A program made the translations under genes and the position numbers. This document shows positions 54,332 through 64,000 of a stretch of 64,000 nt of DNA, in pieces; the stretch's first letter is position 1, and the number at the start of each line of letters is the position of its first letter. A model generated the notes under the pieces. It worked only from the letters and a program-made list of their open reading frames with translations. It was not told the DNA's origin and ran no database searches. This DNA comes from Lytechinus pictus (lineage: Eukaryota): positions 3,536,001-3,600,000 of the forward strand of contig NC_087251.1 of the NCBI RefSeq assembly GCF_037042905.1, written 5' to 3'.

Positions 54332-54709
54332 TTAAGATATTTGCAGCAGGCATTGTGTAAGAATTTCAGTAATTCAAATCAAAAAATTTCGCAAAGACTT
54401 AAAATCGGCTGTAAATGACTTAAATTTCCTGTTATCCTCATTGTACAGTATGCCAGTGTAAGTGTCATCAAGACTTGGCTATGTGCAATGTCTGTATAGT
54501 GCAGCATAGAAATTGGAATCAAGGGACTGATGGATGTTGTGTACATGGCTGTAGATTTTGTTCAATACTTTGATAAATCGTTAGATTTGTTGGCAAACTG
54601 GCAATACACCTCCTACAGTACAGTGTATATGAATTTAGCAGTATATTCTAAGCAAATAAAGAAGGATTACCTCTGTCATGGAATTGTAATTTTAGTCTAC
54701 CGGTATATA

Positions 54710-55251
54710 CAGTGCATCCCACAAAAAAGGAAACTCGTTTTCAGAGATAGAATTATTAAACATGTTTTTACTATGAAGTTGATACTTATGGTTAGAGTAG
54801 ACTCTAATCTGAGAGTCCAACTGCTTAGGAAATCATTCATGCATGGCAGATTAAAAACAATGAATATTGAGGCTTATCAGAAATGATTTGCACTGAAAAA
54901 CATACATGTGTTAATCAGAATCCACTCTCATTTCAGAGATTAGTGAGAGAAACTTAACAAAGAATACAAAAGAAATACTAATATTGTGCCTATCATCAAA
55001 TAAGCACAGTTGTCATATCACAAACCAATCTTGTCCAATTTCTCTGCGCAACCCGATTTTGACATTAAAATTTCAAATTTGTCTTGCTCATTAATGCGTG
55101 AAGTTTTCGACACATATTATTACTTGTACATGTAGGTATCAAAATGTAGAGGAATAGTTGAATTGTATGATTATGTAAATGAAATATCATAAATTTCCCT
55201 TTGAATAAAAAAGATGTGGGAATCCCGGTTTCCTTTTTCTGGGACACACTG
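54710..55251. mobile_element. Tc1/mariner-like MITE
   Basis: TA|CAGTGCATCCCACAAAAAAGGAAAC ... GTTTCCTTTTTCTGGGACACACTG|TA. Confidence 0.85.
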
Positions 55252-57767
55252 TATTATTAAATTTAATACAAAGTGATATGGTCAGATTCCAGGCACTGAT
55301 ATCTTATAAAATAAATTTGCATTTTTGTGGGAAGGTGGATTTGGATTCAAGTTTGCTGTGGTCTTCAGGCATGTTTATGCATCCACTTTTCAAGCTAGAA
55401 TCAGCATTTTAATTTTGAGTTATAAGTGTTTTGATTTGTTCAAAACACTTTTTTTTTTCATTTTTCATTCGCATTTATTTCATTCATAGATTGAAAATTA
55501 CAATTTACAAACATGTTGATGTAAAGGCACACAAGAAAAAGAAATAATTTATGAACAAGCAGACAGCTTAAAATTTCATTTCTTTAGATTGACATTTCAC
55601 CACACTGATCGCAAACTTACAAAAAAGTGTTTATCAGAACCTTGTTTCTCTAGAATCAGGGTTTGTTGGGGAGTATTTACAAAACCATGATCTTAAAAGT
55701 GTTTAAATTACATCAGTTGGTACATGCTTCTGGTGCAATGGAAATCTGCGAGCAAATACAGTTGCATGGTTCTGACAGGGAATTACTCCCAACTCCCCGG
55801 TTGTAATAATGACCAACAATTCGTACGTGTAACTATTTATTCAGTACTATCGCTGTTTACTCTGCTAATTTGGCATCATAACAAATGTGAAGGGACAAAA
55901 CTAACGGAACATACATGAGATGAGATGAGACATTGCTGAGCCAGAAGGACAAACAAAAATCATAACTCATGTCTTATTTATTTTCTTATATATTTTTATG
56001 TCTTACTATTATCCTCAACATGGTGGAAATTCTATGGCTGTGCCAAGGAGCTCCATACAAGTATGGTACTAGAATATTTTAAGTTGCTTGAATTTAAAAT
56101 GATAGTCAACCCAACAGCACTCACAAAAAATTTTGGAACACTGATTCTGTCTTCATAATGAAAGCATAAACTTACCCTAATCATTCCATATTAGATTTAT
56201 GTTTTTAGTGATTGTTTTTTCATATTTAATAATAGTAAATAAGCTTTTTCGGTATTGATATTTTCAATACCGGTATTACTAATTGCTTCAATACCGGTAT
56301 ACCGACTAATACCGGTGTAAATTCCCAATTCATTGTGCAAACAGTGTCCAATGTTTGTTTAGCCCTGATATGGCCTCGGATAAAGAGTGGATGCTTGCGG
56401 TCAGCTGAGGAATGCTCAGCATGGTCCGTTCTCATTGACAGAAACTTTCTCAAACATATTTTCATAGATTAAAAAAAATTAAAAATGACGAAGTTGAGAC
56501 TTGTCTTGAGCCTTGCAAGTCACCACTAACCTTAGATTTTCAAATGGAAATAATCATGATTTGTTTATTAAAGAGAGATTAGAAAATGAGAAATTATCGT
56601 ATTTCAAGTCCCAACTAGTATTATAAAGACCTGAGCAAAAAGTTATACGATCATGCTCTCTCCCGGCCCCACCGAGACGGCGAGAAAGAGTTACCTGTGT
56701 ACGTGCGCGAAATTATCTCAGCAAGCACGTGGTACAATTTATTAATCCTATCTCCATGCTGAAATGAATTAGATGTAGTCAAGTTACCAAATGCTATACC
56801 GCACCTACTCACTGCTATTTTGCTAAACTTGTGTACATGCCCCAAGTTCCAAGCACCAAATTCCCTGCTGAAATAGTCAAGGAGATTTGCGTGATTTTCC
56901 CTTCACCGATTTGGCCCCACTCATTCACATTTAGATACGCCCCTTTTTTTACCACTCACATCAACACGTGTTCGTCGAAGGTTCAAATATTGTTGACCTC
57001 AAATTTTGACATCTCGTAAATAACTTTTCTTATGTCCATTGTGTTGAACCCCCCCCCTCCCCCTCTTAGCTAACTCCCTTCAGGCCATGTTTTCTCCCTC
57101 TTGTGAATCTCCACATGTTGTCTAAAAAGTAAAAACCTCCCCCTTGACTTCTTATCCCGCGGCCGCCTCTTTCTCACTCTTTTTTCTTGATTTTGTTTTT
57201 CTTTATCTCCCAGCCCCTTAATTCCTCACTCTCTCTTTCCCATCGGCCCATCCTCTCCCCGTCACCACCCCTCTCTTACCACAAACAATCAACATCCTCC
57301 TCTTCTCAGAGTCTCGATCTTCCCCCCTTTTTTCTATTTCTGTCTTTTGCCCCCCCCCCCCAAGTCCTGGTCATCAATACTTTTTCATTTTAATAATGTC
57401 AATTCTATCTTTCACACATGCCAAAATTGAGTTGATCATCTTATCACGCCACCAGTCCATCATAAATTTAAATTAAAATCAATCCAATAGTTTATTTCAT
57501 TTTATTCATGACCGCACATGCACAAAAAGGATACATCACCCATCACAAATCACACAAATATTCCAGCCATTTTCTTCCATTCACGATCACTTCACAGATC
57601 ATTTTCAAAATAAACCAAGAGGGATTGCGTAACATTTTGTTTCCATGTTTTTTATTTATTTGTTATTATTTTTTATATTTATGTATGTATTTTTTTTTGG
57701 GGGGGGGAGGGGTGTCAAACGACTTTTGTAGCAGGCTGTATAAAAGTAAACTTGTCATAATTGAAAC

Positions 57768-58065
57768 AAGTTAAGAGCAGTCCGAGAAAAAAAACTTTCA
57801 CTAAGAAAAAAAAAGTGTTAATCCATGTGGTTTGTCTGTCGATGCCCAGCACCCCCTCCCTCCCCCCCCAAAAAAAAAGTTAAGAGCAGTCCGAGAAAAA
57901 AAAACTTGCATAAAGAAAAAAAAAGTGTTAATCCATGTGGTTTGTCTGTCGATGCCCAGCACCCCCTCCCTCCCCCCCCCCCCAAAAAAAAAAAGTTAAG
58001 AGCAGTCCGAGAAAAAAAAACTTGCATAAAGAAAAAAACAAGTGTTAATCTCTGTGGTTTGTCAG
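57768..58065 (+). repeat. Short tandem repeat, ~110-115-bp unit, ~2.6 copies
   Basis: aagttaagagcagtccgagaaaa recurs at ~57768, ~57877 and ~57992. Confidence 0.9.
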
Positions 58066-58122
58066 TCAACGCCCCAAGGTTGATACTTTGTTGAAGACAC
58101 CACGTGGTCAAAAGGCAGGCTG

Positions 58123-58263
58123 GGGAGTGTTTCAAAAAGAGTTTTGTCGGTGATTTTGTTTGTTTATAGAGAGATGTTACAAGCTATGACAAACCCTCGC
58201 ATGTGATTGGCGGAAAGCAAATCTGTTGTTGAAACCACTGAAAAATCTTCATGAAATGCTCCC
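58123..58263. mobile_element. Small MITE with GGGAGYRTTTCA ends (PIF/Harbinger-like)
   Basis: gggagtgtttcaaaaag ... cttcatgaaatgctccc imperfect TIR. TSD not evident. Confidence 0.55.
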
Positions 58264-58534
58264 ATCTCGATCGGCTTCGTTTGTTTTCTGTAGCTGTGTG
58301 CACAAGTGCATGCAGCCGATATGCACCCCATGTAGTATGAGGCGCCGAATGTACCAATATTATATAGAACAATTATTTGTTATATAATCATTATTTATTA
58401 AATAATAACTATTATTTATATATAATTTACATTTTATTTGTAAATAACTATTATATAAAATATCATTTCTAATTATTTATATATAATTCCAAGTAATACT
58501 TCATTATTTGTAAATAATAATAGTTCGACATTCT

Positions 58535-58921
58535 ATTATTTATAAATAATGATTATTTGTTTTTCATTATTTATAAATAATGATTATTTGTTTTTCATTA
58601 TTTATAAATAATGATTATTTGTTTTTCATTATTTACAAATAATGATTATTTGTTTTTCATTATTTATAAATAATGATTATTTGTTTTTCATTATTTATAA
58701 ATAATGATTATTTGTTTTTCATTATTTACAAATAATGATTATTTGTTTTTCATTATTTATAAATAATGATTATTTGTTTTTCATTATTTATAAATAATGA
58801 TAATTGGTTTTTCATTATTTATAAATAATGATTATTTGTTTTTCATTATTTACAAATAATGATTATTTGTTTTTCATTATTTATAAATAATGATTATTTG
58901 TTTTTCATTATTTATAAATAA
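58535..58921 (+). repeat. 31-bp AT-rich minisatellite (~12 copies) in the left arm
   Basis: Unit TTTTCATTATTTATAAATAATGATTATTTGT, containing the perfect palindrome TCATTATTTATAAATAATGA. Confidence 0.92.
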
Positions 58922-61900
58922 TTTGTTGAGTTTTCCATTATTTATAAATAATGATTATTTGTTAAATAATGAAAACGTCTACTTCATTATTTATAAATAA
59001 TTTTTTCGAGTGCACCATTATTCTCATTATTTATAAATAATCATTATTTAATGTTCGAGTTTTCCATTATTTATAAATAAAGATTATTTGTTAAATAATG
59101 AAATATCTACTTCATTATTTATAAATAATAATTTTGTTTCAATATCCCATTAATCATTATTTATAAACAATTTTTACAGTTTGCCATTATATACAAATAA
59201 TCATTATTTATATACAAATAACCATTATTTATTAAATAATGCCATTATTTATTAAATAATGCCATTATTTATTAAATAATGCCATTATTTATTAAATAAT
59301 GGAAAACTCGCTATAACATGCAAATGTGGGACCGCCCATGATATGAATATTCATGATGCGATTTCCTTTTTCGTGATTTTTCTTCACAAATTTTTGTCCA
59401 TTTCCTCTTCATAATGACATTTCTTGAAGCAATTTTCTAGGGATATGGTCTGATTGTAATATTCTTCATTTTCTATATAACTTCGTCTTCGTAGAAATAT
59501 CAAAAAGTGTAATTTTATACGATTTTTCCTACAGTTCACAATCCCCATAGGCGCGCGTGTACGGTAGGGACAACCGGTGAATCGACGGAGTGCTCTTCAT
59601 CGAAATACTACGTTGGTTGGTCCCCGGAAGTGGCGGGCGGAATTTAGCCCGAATCCTCGATGGAAGTCGATCAAGTGCATATGAGCTGAGAGAGTGAAAT
59701 ATCAGTGTACTTGTACAGGCCCTTCTACTTTTTATAAATATTTCTTGTTGCTTTTTTTGTTAAGTTAATTTTTCCTGGTGTAGAGATAAGTTTCAGTTCT
59801 AATAATGCACTTCAAATACATTTTGGAGTGTCTGTTTGAGGCGTTTGGGGCGATTTCACCCTGGCCCCAAAATGCTCGCAACGACAATACGGGGGCATGA
59901 TGACCCCTAAATTTTTAAAAACTTATTTTTCTATTGAAAATTATCACAAAATTCACCAAAAGTGTGCACGAAAGCCTTCGTATTTCACTTTTAAAACTCC
60001 AAAAAGTGCCCAAATGACAAGCTTGGTCGCTTCGCTGTGTCGCTTTCAACTTGAGAAAGTTTACGCGTCTGCTTCCCCCCCCCCCCCTCCTCCGAAAGAA
60101 ATTCTGTGAACGGCCATGCTCAAAAGAGCATATGGCACATTGATTTATATGTACTTTTCATTTTCGGGGGGTGGGGGCAGACGCGCGTAAACGTTCTCAA
60201 GTTGAAAGCGAGACAGCGAAGCGACCAAGCTTGTCATTTGGGCTTGGTCCCGTGGCTGTCTCGCTTTCAAGATTTTTTCGATATATCCCCCCCCCCCCTC
60301 CTCCGAAAGAAATTCTGTATACGGCCATGCTCTAAAGAGCCTGGCACATTGATTTATGTATACTTTAATTCATTTTCATTATTTTTATCTCATTATCAAC
60401 ATGGCCTTACGCAAAATTTTTTCCAGGGGGGCTGGGGCCGGAGCATATGACGCGCGTAAACTTTCTCAAAAAAATCTTGAAAGCAAGACAGCCACGGGAC
60501 CAAGCCCAAATGACAAGCTTGGTCGCTTCGCTGTCTCGCTTTCAACTTGAGAACGTTTACGCGCGTCTGCCCCCACCCCCCGAAAGAAATTCTGTGAACG
60601 GCCATGCTCAAAAGAGCATATGGCACATTGATTTATATGTACTTTTCATTTTCATTATTTTTATCACATTATCATCATGGCCTTACACAGAATTTTTACC
60701 GGGGGGGGGGGGGGGGGGGAGCAGCTAGGACGCGCGTAAAGTTTCTAAAAAAAATCTTGAAAGCGAGACAGCGACGCGACCAAGCTCAAATGACAAGCTT
60801 GGTCGCTTCGCTTTTTCAAGATTTTTATGAGAAAGTTTACGCGCGTCCTGCTCCCCCCACCCCCCCCCCCCCCCCCGGAAAAAATTCTGCGTAAGGCCAT
60901 GATGATAATGAGATAAAAATAATGAAAATGAAGTATACATAAATCAATGTGCCAGGCTCTTTAGAGCATGGCCGTATACATAATTTCTTTCGGAGGAGGG
61001 GGGGGGGGGGAAGCAGACGCGTAAACTTTCTCAAGTTGAAAGCGACACAGCGAAGCGACCAAGCTTGTCATTTGGGCACTTTTTGGAGTTTTAAAAGTGA
61101 AATACGAAGGCTTTCGTGCACACTTTTGGTGAATTTTGTGATAATTTTCAATAGAAAAATAAGTTTTTTAAAATTTAGGGGTCATCATGCCCCCGTATTG
61201 TCGTTGCGAGCATTTTGGGGCCAGGGTGAAATCGCCCCAAACGCCTCAAACAGACACTCCAAAATGTATTTGAAGTGCATTATTAGAACTGAAACTTATC
61301 TCTACACCAGGAAAAATTAACTTAACAAAAAAAGCAACAAGAAATATTTATAAAAAGTAGAAGGGCCTGTACAAGTACACTGATATTTCACTCTCTCTGC
61401 TCATATGCACTTGATCGACTTCCATCGAGGATTCGGGCTAAATTCCGCCCGCCACTTCCGGGGACCAACCAACGTAGTATTTCGATGAAGAGCACTCCGT
61501 CGATTCACCGGTTGTCCCTACCGTACACGCGCGCCTATGGGGATTGTGAACTGTAGGAAAAATCGTATAAAATTACACTTTTTGATATTTCTACGAAGAC
61601 GAAGTTATATAGAAAATGAAGAATATTACAATCAGACCATATCCCTAGAAAATTGCTTCAAGAAATGTCATTATGAAGAGGAAATGGACAAAAATTTGTG
61701 AAGAAAAATCACGAAAAAGGAAATCGCATCATGAATATTCATATCATGGGCGGTCCCACATTTGCATGTTATAGCGAGTTTTCCATTATTTAATAAATAA
61801 TGGCATTATTTAATAAATAATGGCATTATTTAATAAATAATGGCATTATTTAATAAATAATGGTTATTTGTATATAAATAATGATTATTTGTATATAATG

Positions 61901-62162
61901 GCAAACTGTAAAAATTGTTTATAAATAATGATTAATGGGATATTGAAACAAAATTATTATTTATAAATAATGAAGTAGATATTTCATTATTTAACAAATA
62001 ATCTTTATTTATAAATAATGGAAAACTCGAACATTAAATAATGATTATTTATAAATAATGAGAATAATGGTGCACTCGAAAAAATTATTTATAAATAATG
62101 AAGTAGACGTTTTCATTATTTAACAAATAATCATTATTTATAAATAATGGAAAACTCAACAA

Positions 62163-62550
62163 ATTATTTATAAATAATGAAAAACAAATAATCATTATTT
62201 ATAAATAATGAAAAACAAATAATCATTATTTGTAAATAATGAAAAACAAATAATCATTATTTATAAATAATGAAAAACCAATTATCATTATTTATAAATA
62301 ATGAAAAACAAATAATCATTATTTATAAATAATGAAAAACAAATAATCATTATTTGTAAATAATGAAAAACAAATAATCATTATTTATAAATAATGAAAA
62401 ACAAATAATCATTATTTATAAATAATGAAAAACAAATAATCATTATTTGTAAATAATGAAAAACAAATAATCATTATTTATAAATAATGAAAAACAAATA
62501 ATCATTATTTATAAATAATGAAAAACAAATAATCATTATTTATAAATAAT
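62163..62550 (-). repeat. 31-bp AT-rich minisatellite (~12 copies) in the right arm
   Basis: Reverse complement of 58535-58921, including the positions of the tttac/gtaaa variants. Confidence 0.92.
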
Positions 62551-64000
62551 GGAATGTCGAACTATTATTATTTACAAATAATGAAGTATTACTTGGAATT
62601 ATATATAAATAATTAGAAATGATATTTTATATAATAGTAGTTATTTACAAATAAAATGTAAATTATATATAAATAATAGTTATTATTTAATAAATAATGA
62701 TTATATAACAAATAATTGTTCTATATAATATTGGTACATTCGGCGCCTCATAATGTAGGCCTAGCTACGTAGCGGTGGGGCCGAGGCCTTATGCAGCGGC
62801 TAGCGGAGCTCAGACATTAGTTCAGGGGCGATGTATTCATTTCGAGGTTAGATTATCGGATTCTGATTTCATTAAATACGTTGAGAGAGCCAAACGACTT
62901 ATTGTTTTGGCTTAATTTTACTGTAAAAATACCCATAGACGACAATACAGAAGAAAATACCGGTATGATATTTTCAACTTTTGGTATGACGGTATTTCGG
63001 TATTGAAATTTCAACGGCGGTATCCATACCGGTATGCCGTTCATACCGAACGGTATTACTAATACCGGTATACCGAAAAAGCTTAATAGTAAACCTACTT
63101 CATGTGCAGGCCTACATGTGCAGGCCTACATGTACATGTTCGATAAAAATTAAGCAATTAGCTTGTTAGTAATATGGCAGGAAAAGTCAAACTGTTGAAC
63201 AGCCAATAAGCTTGTGATTTTATTGCATAGTTTTACATATATTTAGCCCAATAGATCAAATACTTGATAGTTCAAAGACAGAAATAGCAATTGCAAACTT
63301 TCTGAAAGGTTGATTATTGTTTCCTCACGAGGCAGGACATATTGAAAATGAGTCATTTTGACATGACCTCCAGTCAGGAAATAGTTCACTTCAGCCAGTC
63401 TGCAACACTGTGTAATCACACACCCTCTATACTCTCTTTTGTTCAGCTTAATATGATTTCATACTAATTAACCACTGAATTTGTAAACAATTAATCTAAT
63501 CCCGATCATGAAGAGAAGCTGTTGTTGTTTGTTTGTATGTACATGTATGCGCAATATTTACGCACACCTTCATTCTCTGCCCCAAATGTCAAAGGGAATG
63601 AAAAGAATTTAAGCACATTTATAAGAGGATTATATACAGTGATATGAATGAAATTTAAGAATAAGCTACACCAAAATTGTCTAATACATTATCAAAGAAT
63701 TTGTTTCATTTTGGTTTTCTAATTTAATGTGCAATACTGTATACATGGATGGTTATACACATTGACAATTTTGGGATTTAACAATAGTACATTGCAGCTG
63801 AATTATAGAGCAAAGAGAGATTTAGTGCTTAAAGTGGTAGCTTGTCTTATTGTAGAAATGGGCTATACTACATGTAGTTATAATTCAATTAATCATTTGT
63901 AACCAAAAACACCCAAACCACAGCGAAACCTCACATGCTTTATCCTTTAAAGTTACCTAAATTACATTTGAATCATATTGATATTGTCAGCGTTTTAGTA

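Larger units (their letters stand above)
58336..62752. mobile_element. Young 4.4-kb palindromic (foldback) non-autonomous element, IS3EU-like
   Basis: Ends TATGAGGCGCCGAATGTACC ... GGTACATTCGGCGCCTCATA. 6-bp TSD ATGTAG (58330-58335; 62753-62758). Arms 58336-60103 and 60982-62752 are near-identical inverted copies. Confidence 0.93.
56240..63085. mobile_element. hAT (Ac-like) non-autonomous element hosting a nested palindromic element
   Basis: TIRs TAAGCTTTTTCGGTAT ... ATACCGAAAAAGCTTA. Perfect 8-bp TSD ATAGTAAA (56232-56239; 63086-63093). Multiple subterminal CGGTAT/ATACCG motifs at both ends. Confidence 0.9.

Noticed and set aside
54530..54886. 118-aa ATG ORF in the intron
   Set aside because: It runs into a Tc1/mariner-like MITE at 54710 and shows no recognisable homology.
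59897..61320. Cluster of 60-120-aa ORFs in the palindrome centre as a remnant transposase
   Set aside because: They are built from short repeats and G/C runs, appear in all frames and show no DDE-like motifs.

Overview
AT-rich, intron- and repeat-rich animal genomic DNA. It is probably an invertebrate deuterostome such as a sea urchin, inferred only from repeat style. No prokaryotic features, CRISPR array or RNA genes were seen. The only supportable protein-coding sequence is the N-terminal coding exon of a Smaug/SAMD4 homologue on + (51724-52126); the rest of the gene lies beyond the window. The window is dominated by a single 37,110-bp foldback-type DNA element (3060-40169), bounded by a perfect 9-bp target-site duplication (ACACACGTC) and ~1.3-kb near-identical unique terminal inverted repeats. 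Its two arms each carry an array of the same ~227-bp satellite in opposite orientations: ~92 monomers on the left, and a 454-bp (221+233) dimer repeated ~15.5 times on the right. The arms also share a 700-bp inner inverted repeat and enclose a small centre with decayed monomers. No transposase ORF is present. A second, very young 4.4-kb palindromic element (58336-62752; TAT..ATA ends, 6-bp TSD, IS3EU-like) is nested in a hAT-like element (56240-63085, 8-bp TSD) inside the Smaug intron. Many MITEs (hAT-, Kolobok- and Tc1/mariner-like) are also present, several nested. Almost all ORFs in the supplied track are spurious repeat translations.
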